Shown piece by piece: positions 10,558-23,084 of a stretch of DNA of 64,000 nucleotides; within the stretch, counting starts at the first letter, position 1; each line of letters starts with the position of its first letter. The notes under the pieces were generated by a model, which was not told the origin of the DNA, ran no database searches, and worked only from the letters and a program-made list of their open reading frames with translations. Position numbers and translations under genes: made by a program. Source of the stretch: Mobula hypostoma (Eukaryota); the NCBI RefSeq assembly GCF_963921235.1, contig NC_086097.1, forward strand, positions 100,504,001-100,568,000, written 5' to 3'.

Positions 10558-13475
10558 GAAACATAGAAACATAGAAAATAGGCGCAGGAGTAGGCCATTC
10601 GGCCCTTTGAGCCTGCACTGCTATTCAGTATGATCATGGCTGATCATCCAACTCAGAACCCTGTACCTGCCTTCTCTCCATACACCCTGATCCCTTTAGC
10701 CACAAAGGCCATATCTAACTCCCTCTTAAATATAGCCAATGAACTGGTCTCAACTGTTTCCTGTGGCAGAGAATTCCACAGATTCACCACTCTCTGTATG
10801 AAGAAGTTTTTCCTCATCTCGGTCCGAAAAGGCTTCCCCTTTATCCTCAAACTGTGACCCCTCGTTCTGGACTTCCCCAACATCGGGAACAATCTTCCTG
10901 CATCTAGCCTGTCCAATCCCTTTAGAATATTATATGTTTCAATAGGATCCCCCCTCATTCTTCTAAATTCCAGCGAGTATAAGCCTAGTCGACCCAGTCT
11001 TTCATCATATGAAAGTCCTGCCATCCCGGGAATCAACCTGGTGAACCTTCTTTGTACTCCCTCTATGGCAAGAATGTCTTTCCTCAGATTAGGGGACCAA
11101 AACTGCACACAATACTCTAGGTGTGGTCTCACCAAGGCCTTGTACCACTGCAGTAATACCTCCCTGCTCCTGTACTCGAATCCTCTTGCTATGAATGCCA
11201 GCATACCATTCGCCTTTTTCACTGCCAGCTGTACCTGCATGCCCACTTTCAATGACTGGTGTATAATGATACCCAGGTCTCGTTGCACCTCCCCTTTTCC
11301 TAATTGGCCACCATTTAGATAATAATCTGTTTTCCTGTTCTTGCCACCAAAGTGGATAACCTCACATTTATCCACATTAAGTTGCATCTGCCATGAATTT
11401 GCCCACTCACCCAACCTATCCAAGTCACCCTGCATCCTTTTAGCATCCTCCTCACAGCTAACACTGCCGCCCAGCTTCGTGTCATCCGCAAACTTGGAGA
11501 TGCTGCATTTAATTCCTTCATCTAAGTCATTAATATATATTGTAAACAACTGGGGTCCCAGCACTGAGCCTTGCGGTACCCCGCTAGTCACTGCCTGCCA
11601 TTCTGAAAAGATCCCATTTATTCCCACTCTTTGCTTCCTGTCTGCCAACCAGTTCTCTATCCACATCAATACCATACCCTCAATACCGTGTGCTTTAAGT
11701 TTGCACACTAATCTCCTGTGTGGGACCTTGTCAAAAGCCTTTTGAAAATCCAAATATACCACATCGACTGGTTCTCCCCTATCCACTCTACTAGTTACAT
11801 CCTCAAGAAATTCTATGAGATCGTCAGACATGATTTTCCTTTCACAAATCCATGCTGACTTTGTCCGATGATATCACCACTTTCCAAATGTGCTGTTATC
11901 ACATCTTTGATAACTGACTCCAGCATTTTCCCCACCACCGATGTTAGGGTAACCGGTCTATAAATCCCCGGTTTCTCTCTCCCTCCTTTTCTAAAAAGCG
12001 GGGTTACATTAGCCACCCTCCATTCCTCAGGAACTAGTCCAGAATCTAAAGAGTTTTGAAAAATTATCACTAATGCATCCACTATTTCTTGGGCTACTTC
12101 CTTAAGCACTCTGGAATGCAGGCCATCTGGCCCTGGGGATTTATCTGTCCTTAACCTAACACTACCTCCCTACTAACATGTATTTCCCTCAGTTCCTCCA
12201 TCTCACTAGACCCTCAGTCCCCGACTATTTCTGGAAGATTATTTATGTCCTCCTTAGTGAAACAGAACCAAAGTAGTTATTCAATTGGTCTGCCATGTCC
12301 TTGTTCCCCATGATCAATTCACCTATTTCTGACTGTAAGGGACCTACATTTGTTTTAACCAATCTTTTTCTTTTCACATATCTATAAAAGCTTTTACAGT
12401 CAGTTTTTATGTTCCCTGCCAGTTTTCTCTCATAATCTTTTTTCCCTTTCCTAATTAAGCCCTTTGTCCTCCTCTGCTGGACTCTGAATTTCTCCCAGAC
12501 CTCAGGTGAGCCACTTTCTCTGGCTAATTTGTATGTTTCTTCTTTGGAATTGATACTATCCCTAATTTCCCTTGTCAGCCACGGGTGCACTACCTTCCCT
12601 GATTTATTCTTTTGCCAAACTGGGATGATCAATTGTTGTAGTTCATCCATGTGATCTTTAAATGCTTGCCATTGCATATCCACCGTCAACCCTTTAAGTA
12701 TCATTTGCCAGTCTATCTTAGCGAATTCACGTGTCATACCTTCAAAGTTACCCTTCTTTAAGTTCAGAACCTTTGTTTCTGAATTAACTATGTCACTCTC
12801 CATCTTAATGAAGAATTCCACCATATTATGGTCACTCTTACCCAAGGGGCCTCTCACGACAAGATTGCTAATTAACCCTTCCTCATTGCTCAATACCCAG
12901 TCCAGAATAGCCTGCTCTCTCGTTGGTTCCTCGACATGTTGGTTCAGAAAACCATTCCGCATACATTCCAAGAAATCCTCTTTCTCAGCACCTTTACCAA
13001 TTTGGTTCACCCAATCTATATGTAGATTGAAGTCACCCATTATAACTGCTGTTCCTTTATTGCACGCATTTCTAATTTCCTGTTTAATGCCAGCCTCAAC
13101 CTCACTACTACTGTTAGGTATCCTGTACACAACTCCCACCAGTGTTTTCTGCCCCTTAGTGTTATGCAGCTCTACCCATATCGATTCTACATCCTCCCGG
13201 CTAATGTCCTTCCTTTCTATTGCGTTAATCTCCTCTCTATCCAGCAATGCTACCCCACCTCCTTTTCTTTCATGTCTATCCCTCCTGAATATTGAATATC
13301 CCTGAATGTTGAGCTCCCATCCTTGGTCACCCTGGAGCCATGTCTCTGTGATCCTAGCTATATCATATTCATTAATAACTATCTGCACTTTCAATTCATC
13401 CACCTTGTTATGAATGTTCCTTGCATTGACACACAAAGCCTTCAGGCTTGCTTTTACAACACTCTTAGCCCTTAT
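10558..13475 (-). mobile_element. CR1 LINE with nearly complete ORF2 (AP endonuclease plus RT), 5'-truncated and frameshifted
   Basis: ORF 12243-13436 has endonuclease motifs (ITETW, MGDFN, SDH); ORFs 11813-12109 and 10653-11831 have RT motifs (YLDFQKAFDKV, GVPQGSVLGP, KFADD); (CTATGTTT)n tail. Confidence 0.97.
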
Positions 13476-13685
13476 ACAATTATGTTGAAAAGTAGGGGTA
13501 TGGTGGGCTATGGTCAGGTTTCGGTTGATGGGACTAGGCAGTTTAAATGGTTTGGCCTAGACTAAATGGGCTGAAAGGCCTGTTTCTGTACTGTACTTTT
13601 CTATGACTCTATGACTCCAAGAACCTATAATGGAGAAAAGGTAACTCCTGTCGGAATGATATTCATAACAGTGAAATAAAGGCCA

Positions 13686-13864
13686 TAGTACCATAAGACA
13701 TAGGAGCAGAATTAGGATATTTGGTCCATCGAGTCTGCTCCACCATTTCATCATGGCTGATTTAATTTTCCTCTCAGCCCAGTCTCCTGCCTTCTCCCCG
13801 CATCCCTTCATGCCCTGACCAATAAAGAATCTATCAAACTCTACCTTAAATGTACATAAAGACT
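13686..13864 (-). mobile_element. Short CR1/SINE 3' tail fragment
   Basis: accataagacataggagcagaattagg... is the antisense of the tail seen at 27250-27286 and 60680-60733; another copy at ~16095-16165. Confidence 0.65.
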
Positions 13865-14234
13865 TTAAGCAAGAAGAGAATCCAAGGAGTTTCAGGAAAG
13901 TTGCAAGCATCTGGATTTTGTGAGTATAAAGAACTAGAATCTTCTCTATATGCGTTAAGGTTATTGCATGAACTTCAAGTGGGAGACAAAAAGCTGCTTG
14001 TAAAAGTAGATGCAAAGACCAAAGCCCAGCTGCATGAATGGAAGGCCAAAAAGAAAGTAGTCAATGGAGATATGAGAACAAGATTTTGAGATGATGTTGT
14101 GGATGAGGAAACCAGTAGGAAAGATCAGATCGAAAGGGAGCAATAGAAGGATTCATGAGAATACTCCAGTGGACTAAATGCACCTTCCCAAGATCAAGAT
14201 GCACAAACTAGAAGAAGAAAAAGGAGAAGAAAGG
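13865..14234 (+). pseudogene. RBM25: RBM25 (RNA-binding protein 25) partial retrocopy: RRM C-terminal half and downstream region
   Basis: LSKKRIQGVSGKLQASGFCEYKELESSLYALRLLHELQVGDKKLLVKVDAKTKAQLHEWKAKKK, then past a stop and frameshifts DEETSRKDQI / KGAIEGFMR / EYSSGLNAPSQ; matches recalled vertebrate RBM25 (WKRVQGASGKLQAFGFCEYKEPESTLRALRLLHDLQIGEKKLLVKVDAKTKAQLDEWKAKKK...KGAIEVLIREYSSELNAPSQ). Confidence 0.92.
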
Positions 14235-14530
14235 TGGTTACTGCTGTCTGAACCACTTCCTGCAGTCTCAGAGTCAATCCCACGGAGGAGGCCCCAGGAC
14301 CTGAGACTCACAGCCACGTCTCACCTGACAAGCAGAGTGATCTCCCTTGTCAGGAAAGATGCTATCCCACAAGAGTAAGAAAGCCTCCATAGTGATTAAA
14401 TCTTCAGGCCTGATTGGGACATTTTAAAAATTACTATGCTGTGGATGTCTGTATAGTAGTTGTATTATCAGCGTATACAGTTGCAATGCATTTTATATTG
14501 AGTTGGAGTTTATAACTAAGCAGGGAGGAG

Positions 14531-14765
14531 TGTTGTGTATTTAATATTTCAGTAATATCGTAAATCTGTTGTTAGATTAAGCATTCTTTGTTGATTATAT
14601 AATTCATTATGGTTATGTGTAAAAATACCTGAATTGTAAATGTCATGGCGTTACCGTGATACATGTGCACCTTGCTTAGAGTAAACACAAAGTTAGATTT
14701 GTATTCCCGGCTCACTTATTTTTCTTCCAATTAGCCTCATGTTTTGAGAGTTATGATACATAGCG
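14531..14765 (+). repeat. 3' LTR of Gypsy element 2
   Basis: Starts TGTTG right after purine tract AAGCAGGGAGGAG; homologous to 9681-9915. Confidence 0.8.
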
Positions 14766-16444
14766 ACCATGCCCTAGAATGTCAACGTATCCCTCCTTGA
14801 TCTCATGGTTCTCTGGGTCCTTATCCTGAGTGAATACTGGCTTAAGCACAGATTTAACACCTTGCCCACTTCCTTCTGCTTCAGGCATAAATTCCCTGCT
14901 TTGCCTTTCAGTGATCCTACACTCTTCTTTTTGATATATGTACAAAATTCCTTGGATTCTCCTTAATACTATTCCTCAAGGATACTTCAGGGATTCTTGT
15001 CCTAATCCTGGGGATTTATTTAACACAATCGTGTTTGATGTGCTTCTGGAAGTATTAAATCCAGACCCCTCCTCCCATTTCCACCTGCCAAACACCTTCC
15101 CACTCTTTGAAACTCATAAATGCAAGTGTTTACAGAATTTGGAAAAATATATACATTTCTTCAATTGCCCTGCTGACTAGTCTAACAGCGACCAGGTGAT
15201 TAAATATCAACACCTGGTGATTGCACGATAACCTCCCCACAGGTGGAAACTGTCTTGTGCTTGGCCTCAAGTCCATCTGGCACTGAGCCCAGACCCCCAA
15301 AGCTCAGGAAACATTCTGATTCTCCCGATCTCCATCTGCCCCTCCCCCCTCCATACCACATCTAGGCCTGGTGCTCCTTAGAGCCAGAGCCAATACAGCA
15401 CAGAAACAGGCCCTTTGGCCTATCCTGGCCATGATCACTGTCAGATGCCCACCCACATTCGTTCCAACCTTGCCTCTGCACCTTCAGGATCAGGCCCTAT
15501 AAGGCAACAGGTTTCCGCACTGCCCTTTGTACCCTCCCTACACTACAGATGAGAACACCCTGCAGCTTGAAACTTCCATATTCTAGACAACAATTATATC
15601 TCAACTTTTAAAAATGTTGTGGGAAAGACTTCATTTGGAGCCCTGCCTCTCTAACCACAGCTGTTTCAGTTCAAAGATACTTGAGAAGTTCAGGCTCCAG
15701 TAGAACAAAACTCTGAAGGTTTTTAGGCCCAGTTTTAGCAGAAAGAGATGGAAAAGACTGACTCCTGGCTGTTTAGTAGACACTGAGTTACAGGGAGGAT
15801 TTACATACATACAAAACAATCTACATCACCATGTTTCATAGCACAAAGTTACATCACCTGAACATTTCTCAAGAAACATGAGTTGGAAAAGAATGATGCG
15901 TTTATTTACTTCCTTTTTTCTCATCACTTCCATGAGAAGGGATTTTATTCCTAACTCCAATATTCGAATGATGATTTGAGAAGCCTGTGAGGGTAAAACA
16001 AGGGGATCGTGTGTAGCAGGTTGACAGTTAGAAGCTGTGTGTTGTAGCACAGTGAATAAGGAAAAACAAGAAGTCAACAATGCAATGACCCAGATATGAG
16101 ACCAAAAGACATGGGAGCAGAATTAGGCCATTTACTCCATCGAGTCTGCACCACCACTCAATCATGCATAAAAACATGAATATCTGAAATTATGCATCAA
16201 AGTAAGGAGAAGGTCATATCAGTTGTGGCCCACCAAACCTGTAGATCCAGGAAGAACAACTTAGAAGATGCATGTGTGATTCTTCACATAACTCTGGGTG
16301 AAAAGAAAATTCAGACAATGGATGAAGTATGTACACAACTGACTTTAGCTTGAACAGAGGCATGCTGGCCAATGGTATACTGTACTGTTAAGGAGGAAAC
16401 ATTCGTCCCATCATTAGATGTAACATAAAGCTGTAATTAAGAAG

Positions 16445-16800
16445 ATGTTTAATGCTGTGGGTCACAGCCTCAGAGACGTGGGTTCAATCCTGATCTCTGG
16501 AGCTGTCTGCGTGGAGCTTGCATGCTCTCTCTCAGTGACTGTGTGGGTTTCCTCCGTGTGCTCTGGTTTCCTCTCGCATCCCAAACACATGCGAGTCAAT
16601 AGTTTGATAGGACTTTACAAATTACCCCTAATGTATGGGTGAGGGGCAGAATCTGTGGGTGGGGGGGGGGAGTTGCTGGGAATGTGGAGAGATCCAAGTT
16701 GCCGGGTATAGGGAACTGAGGGAGAATGGGAATGATGGGATGGCTCTCCTGGGAGCTGCCATGTACCTGATGGTCCAAATGGTCTCCTATATTATAGTAA
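16445..16800 (+). mobile_element. tRNA-derived V-SINE (HE1-like)
   Basis: B-box GGTTCAATCC followed by V-domain GTGGGTTTCCTCCG.GTGCTCTGGTTTCCTC. Confidence 0.75.
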
Positions 16801-17141
16801 GTGGTTAATAAGGGACAAAAGAATGAAGTTAATGTTACTGAGGTCCATTGTCTGAATTTTCCTTTCAGTCAGAAGTATTGTGACCAACCACCCTAGCGTG
16901 TTCAAGCTATTCTTTCTGAATCCAGAATCTCTGCGACAACAAAGTATGCCTGTCAATTATTGATGATAAAGCTGACAACATGAGTGATTAACTGCGGCAG
17001 GAAACTTGGTTGTATGTTCACGGGTAACTTGATGTTCGGATTCTGCACCTTTATTATGTGACAAATGAACGTCACAAACACCTTGTAAGAAGAACAAAGG
17101 CGTTCAAAGATTCAAATAGTTGGAGATTTGTGAAAGCAAAT

Positions 17142-17377
17142 TGTTACGCTTTGTATCTTCAAAGCATTAAACTAATTCAAAGTAGGACAAGAATGTGAGT
17201 CTAATTTCATGTTTACTTCAAGCGAGGTGTGCCCGTATCACGTGGTAGTATCATGATGTATGCAATTCACGTATTTTTAATATAACCATAATGAATTATA
17301 TAAACAACAAAGATGCTCAATCAAACAATATATTTACAAGATTACTCAAATAATACTGAAAAATTAAATATACAAGA
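17142..17377 (-). repeat. Solo LTR of Gypsy family 2
   Basis: Reverse complement of the 9681/14531 LTR over its full length; no internal sequence. Confidence 0.75.
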
Positions 17378-17460
17378 CTAACGGATTAGTTGTGGAGAGA
17401 GTGTGGTCGGGAAGTAAAGACGGAGGGAGGGGATTGGTGTGAGAACGTTTCCTGACGGAT

Positions 17461-17705
17461 TCATAGAGCCGTACAATGCAGAAACAGATCCTTTGGTCCA
17501 GATGGTCCATGGCCACCAAGGCACCTTACTAAGCCAGTCCCATCTGCCTGTGCTTGGCCTATCTTCCTCTGAACTTTCCTACCGATGGATCTGTCCAAGT
17601 ACCTTTTAAATGTTGCTACTGTACCTGCCTTAACCACTTCTTCTGGCAGCTGCTTCCATATATGGATCACTCTCCGAGAGAAAAAGTGTCCCTCAGGGTC
17701 TTTAA
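17461..17705 (-). mobile_element. CR1 3' end fragment
   Basis: FFSRRVIHIWKQLPEEVVKAGTVATFKRYLDR motif. Confidence 0.75.
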
Positions 17706-17900
17706 CAACAGTGGATGAGAAGAGGGAACATTGGAACAGGGACGACTTTTGAAGAGGTGACAGAATACGGGTAAGATGCACGCCAGATCAGGGTATTATA
17801 GTGATGCAAGGATAAACACTTTCCGGACCTTTACCATGGAAGGGAAAGTGAATGAGAGGAAGAAAGCTACCTTAAATCTGTTTTCTCCAGAACAGATCAT

Positions 17901-19216
17901 TCATAGTCATAGTCATAGTCATACTTTAATGATCCCGGGGGAAATTGGTTTTCGTTACAGTTGCACCATAAATAATTAATAGTAATAAAACCATAAATAA
18001 TTAAATAATAATATGTAAATTATGCCAGGAAATAAGTCCAGGACCAGCCTATTGGCTCAGGGTGTCTGACCCTCCAAGGGAGGAGTTGTAAGGTTTGATG
18101 GCCACAGGCAGGAATGACTTCCTACGACGCTCTGTGTTGCATCTCGGTGGAATGAGTCTCTGGCTGAATGTACTCCTGTGCCCACCCAGTACATTATGTA
18201 GTGGATGGGAGACATTGTCCAAGATGGCATGCAACTTGGACAGCATCCTCTTTTCAGACACCACTGTCAGAGAGTCCAGTTCCATCCCCACAACATCACT
18301 GGCCTTACGAATGAGTTTGTTGGTTCTGCTGGTGTCTGCAACCCTCAGCCTGCTGTCCCAGAACACAACAGCAAACATGATCGCACTGGCCACCACAGAC
18401 TCGTAGAACATCCTCAGTATCGTCCGACAGATGTTAAAGGACCTCAGTCTCCTCAGGAAATAGAGACGGCTCTGACCCTTCTTGTAGACAGCCTCAGTGT
18501 TCTTTGACCAGTCCAGTTTATTGTCAATTCGTATCCACAGGTGTTTGTAATCCTCCACCATGTCCACACTGACCCCCTGGATGGAAACAGGGGTCACCAG
18601 TGCCTTAGCTCTCCTCAGGTCTACCACCAGCTCCTTAGTCTTTTTCACATTAAGCTGCAGATAATCCTGCTCACACCATGTGACAAAGTTTCCTACTGTA
18701 GCCCTGTACTCAGCCTTATCTCCCTTGCTGATGCATCCAGCTATGGCGGAGTCATCAGAAAACTTCTGAAGATGACAAGACGCTGCGCAGTAGTTGAAGT
18801 CCGAGGTGTAAATGGTGAAGAGAAAGGGAGACAAGACAGTCCCCTGTGGAGCCCCAGTGCTGCTGATCACTCTGTCGGACACACAGTGTTGCAAGCACAC
18901 GTACTGTGGTCTGCCAGTCAGGTAATCAAGAATCCATGATACCAGGGAAGCATCCACCTGCATCGCTGTCAGCTTCTCCCCCAGCAGAGCAGAGCAGATG
19001 GTGTTGAACGCACTGGAGAAGTCAAAAAACATGATCCTCACAGTGCTCGCTGGCTTGTCCAGGTGGGCGTAGACACGGTTCAGCAGGTAGACAATGGCAT
19101 CCTCAACTCCTAGTCGGGGCTGGTAGGCAAACTGGAGGGGATCTAAGTGTGGCCTGACCATAGGCCGGAGCAGCTCCAGAACAAGTCTCTCCAGGGTCTT
19201 CATGATGTGGGAGGTT
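17901..19216 (-). mobile_element. Rex1/Babar-type LINE, 5'-truncated, RT still open
   Basis: ORF 18049-19203: DPLQFAYQP, FFDFSSAFNTI, GAPQGTVLSP, KFSDD; (ATGACT)n tail at 17901-17921. Confidence 0.9.
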
Positions 19217-19369
19217 CAATAAAATGTCCAATGAGAGAACATCAGGTTTCACATTTGGAGATCAGAGTGACATCACCCATTGCTGCCCATGATAAGGTTA
19301 GACTGATAACTTGTCTCAAACAGCAGCAAACAAAGGTCTACACACAGCAGACCACTGATAGCCCAGGGA

Positions 19370-19945
19370 AACACAAGAGACTGCAGGTACTGGAATCAAC
19401 ACTATTCTGGAGGACCTCAGCCAAGCAGCATCTGTGGAAAGAAATGGCCAGTGGACATGTTGGAGTGGACCCTTCATCTGGACTGGATAGAGATGGGATA
19501 GATGGTTAAAGAAAAGGTGAGGGGAATGTGTGGAGCAAGAGCTGACAGGTGCTAGGTGGATTCAGGTGAGGAAGAGCGATAGGCAGAGAGGGAAGGGAGA
19601 GTGGAAATTATGACAGATGCTGCGAGGTGGAGGTGACAAAGAGCTAAAAATGATGGAATTGGGTTGGAAAGGAAGGTGGAGAGTGGAACCGAGTGAGGGA
19701 GGTGGGGGTGATGCTGGGAATAATGAGGAAGAGGACCCAGTGGGAAGAATGTGTGGGTGATGAACAGATGGATTGGGTGAAGGAGGGAAAAGAAACCGGG
19801 TGATGGGGACAGGGTTGGGTGTAGGAGGAAGCGAGAGGGGGAGCAAAATTACCACAAATGAGAGAATCCAATATTCATGACATCAGATTGTAGACTAGCC
19901 AGGTGGAATATGAGGTAGTGCTCCACTCTTTGAAATTTAGCCCTA
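19370..19945 (-). mobile_element. Degraded Penelope-like element 3' end
   Basis: EHYLIFHLASLQSDVMNIGFS matches the GIY-YIG C-terminus of 41330-42442; same terminal tgctggaggaactcagc-like motif. Confidence 0.75.
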
Positions 19946-20469
19946 ATCAGTGTGGGAATGCCCAACACTGATGGTGGTGGGGGTACAATCACAACACCAG
20001 CTTTGGGTCCAGTGGGTGTGGGGAGCCAATCGTGATAGTGTGTGACAGTATGGCTCTCTGTGAGACCTTCCCCATGCAACCTGGAGGAATTCCTTCTGAA
20101 GTTGCTGCGAGCTGGTCTGATCCAGAACTGTCAGCCCTGGGACTGATGTGGATCCGTAAGAGACCAGGGTGTCTCTGGAGCTCTTCTATTGAGGATCCAT
20201 CTCTCACTGCCCTGAATCAGCTCCACATGCACAATCTGCTCAGAGAGGTAATTGGCTTTTATTCCATTGTATCCAATGCTCTTCACTCTTGTTTCCTTAA
20301 CACTGCTTGTGGACACTTGGGGTCAGGGTTGCCATCTGCTGTTCGGGGTGAGTATATGAATCTGCCCCAGCAACCTCACCCTAACCAACAGAGTCACATG
20401 ACCTGTGTAGATAGCAGTAGTCTGTTGCTCCACAGTTTTAGGGAGGGAGGGATTGTTGAGACAAATAGC

Positions 20470-20915
20470 GATTGATAATTGGTTTGTTATTGTCACTTTG
20501 TTCAGCATGCCAGCCACTTAGATCACTTCACCACATCAGTACGTTGAAATAGAGCAAGGGAAAAGCAAAACAGGAGCAGAGTAAACTGTTACATTTACAG
20601 AAAAGTGTGGTCCAGGTAGACCAGAAGGGGCAAAGTAGATAGTGAGGTCAAAAGTCCACCTTATCACACGGAAGTCTCGTAATAGCAGGGTAGGAGCTGT
20701 CCCTGAGCCTGGTGGTACGTGCTCATAACCTTTTTAACTTCTCCCCATTGGGGAGAATGTCTGGGGTGGGAGGGGTCTTTGAGTATCTCGGCTGCTTTAC
20801 TGAGGCAGTGAGAAGTGTACGAGTCCACGGAGGAGAGGCTGGTTTCTGTGATGTACTGAGCTGTGTCCACAACTGTCTGCAGTTTCTCCGGGTCACAGAC
20901 AGAGCTGATCAGGAG
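20470..20915 (-). mobile_element. Rex1/L2-like LINE 3' fragment
   Basis: DTAQYITETSLSSVDSYTSHCLSKAAEILKDPSHP resembles the C-terminus of ORF 46555-47652. Confidence 0.65.
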
Positions 20916-21371
20916 TCTGGCTGACTTTACTAATCATGGAGTAACGTCATTGCACACTGAGCTGGCTACATCACAAACTGATCCACAAAGTTTTGGTGAG
21001 GTGACGTTAATGGGATGCAATTTGTAAAATGTAAACCTCAGAGGGAAAATGGGCTGCCAGATGCATCTTTCCTATTTCCCACAATCTCCTTACACTCTGT
21101 AGCCATCCTGCTATTTGTGGTGTTGTGCAGCATGAGTGACACACTTCATACAGGCAAAACGCAATGGTTTCTTGCTCTTGGATAGATTGTGATGGAGAGT
21201 GAGGCCTGCCTATTTACCACTGAGTGCACTATACATGCACTTCTGGGCCAATGCACTAGCACCTCAAATCACTCAGGTACCATCTCTCAACTGGATGCCC
21301 CTAACCAGAGAGCAATGTTTTAGTGGGTTGAGATTGTCTATCAGGACAATTCTTGTCTGGCTAAAGTGCCA

Positions 21372-21700
21372 GGAAGCACAGTGGTACAGCCGGTAGAAAC
21401 ACCATGTCCCAGTGTTGGAGATCTGCTTTCACTCCTGACTACCAATGCTATGTATTTGGAGTTTTCACGTTCTTCCTGTGATCATGTGGGTTTCCCCCGA
21501 GTTCTCAGTTTCTCTCCCACATCCTAAAAATGTGCAGGCTGGTTAGTTAATTTGCCATTGTAAATTGCCCCAAGGATGCGGATAAGCAGAATCTGGGGGC
21601 TCCTGGGAATTGGGAAGAATAAAAGAAGGAGGGTGGGGAATTACAGTGAATGGGTGATGGGGGGGCAGGGGCCCAAAGGGCCTCTGTCTGTGTTGTACAC
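21372..21700 (+). mobile_element. V-SINE copy (degraded)
   Basis: tRNA-like head, V-domain gtgggtttcccccgagttctcagtttctctcccac, and ttaatttgccattgtaaattgccc. Confidence 0.7.
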
Positions 21701-22319
21701 CCCATGGCTGCAATGCTCTGATGAAAATAAAGAGATCCCCATCTGGAGACCAGATACAACGACAATGGTGAATGTGAGGGCTAGAGCCCTTGGAATGAAC
21801 CAGACACCTCGCTTTGCCGGTAAGCTGCAACTCATATTAACTCCATCACACTGATGGCTCTTTGCCGTAGCATACCAGTTACCGTCCCTAGCGATTTTCC
21901 CTGAGTGAGAAATAAATTAGTGGCCAGCATTGAAGAGCATTCCACCGGTTCCCTCTGAGTCATCAACAATCCTAGTACTCTGGAAAGCCCTTGAGAGCAA
22001 ATGATAAAAATTAGCGCAGGGGCTGTTCATTTGGAAAGTTCGAGGAACCTCACAACCTATTCTCCAGGATATTTATTTCTAAAGGGTTCTCCATAGCTCT
22101 TTGTTGGATAAGAGAGATCAGTCAGGAGTTGTGAAGGCATCTATCTATGAAGTGTCATCATGAAGGCAGTTCTTCCAGACTACTTCACAGTCATTGCACC
22201 TTCGGACAGGCACGTTGAGCCTTCCCTCCTTGTCATGAACACCCCACACTTTGGGAGATGTTCCTGACTGGGAGGGGGATGGTGACCCTCAATCATTGCT
22301 TTCTTGGGATTGGCTAGTA

Positions 22320-22765
22320 GAATTTCTGGATACAATCTTCCATATTCAGCTAGCATATGTGTGTATATGTACCCAGGTCATCTTCAGGGAGCAGTGTCTC
22401 AGAAAGGCGGCATCCATTATTAAGGACCCCCAGCACCTAGGGCATGATCTTTTCTCACTGTTACCATCAGGTAGGAGGTACAGAAACCTGAAGGCCACAC
22501 ACTCAACAATTCAGGAACATCTTCCCCTCTGCCATCTGATTCCTAAATGGACATTGAACCCTTGGACATTACCTCACTTTTTCTTAATATACTGTATTTT
22601 CTGATTTTTGCACGTTTTTAATCTGTTCAATATACATATACTGTAATTGATTGATTGATTTCATTTATTTTTTTTTCTCTGCTATATTATGCATTGCATT
22701 GAACTACTGCTGCTGAGTTAACAAATTTCACGTACATGCCGGTGATACTAAACCCGATTCTGGTA
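22320..22765 (+). mobile_element. Rex1/Babar-like LINE 3' fragment
   Basis: EQCLRKAASIIKDPQH...LLPSGRRYR; colinear with 54422-54890. Confidence 0.8.
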
Positions 22766-23084
22766 TGTGTGTATATGAACGTGTATCTGTGTTTGTATGT
22801 GTAAATGAGTGTGTGTGTAAGAGAGAGAAAGACTAACACACAGACAATGTGTGTGAAATGGTGCATCAGGATGAAATACTGTGTTTTGGATAAAACTTCA
22901 TAATTTTCATAATCTTCATGCTATTTTTTCACATGCCCTGATGAGGTGCAGTTTTGGCTTCAATGTTGCAAACCGTGATGACAAATTCAAAACACTCAAT
23001 GAAAGACCTTGTTCTCAGGGCTGGACCAACATTTAGTCACAGATTCAGCAATAGCCAGGATGGGGGGGGGGGCGGTGGGGGCTA

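Larger units (their letters stand above)
9681..14765 (+). mobile_element. Non-autonomous Gypsy LTR element 2 with captured RBM25 fragment and nested CR1 insertions
   Basis: ~235-bp LTRs at 9681-9915 and 14531-14765; gag stub 10168-10236; protease stub 13618-13682; integrase tail 14235-14412; PPT 14518-14530; near-TSD AACAT/ACCAT; flanking CR1 frame rejoins (ILGH|VDIKEEVL). Confidence 0.8.

Noticed and set aside
13850..14089. Functional RBM25 exon
   Set aside because: In-frame stop and frameshifts, substitutions at conserved residues, no splice sites, ATG supplied by a CR1 tail, embedded in an LTR element
23061..23082. G-run or G-quadruplex candidate
   Set aside because: Simple homopolymer at a repeat edge; no supporting context
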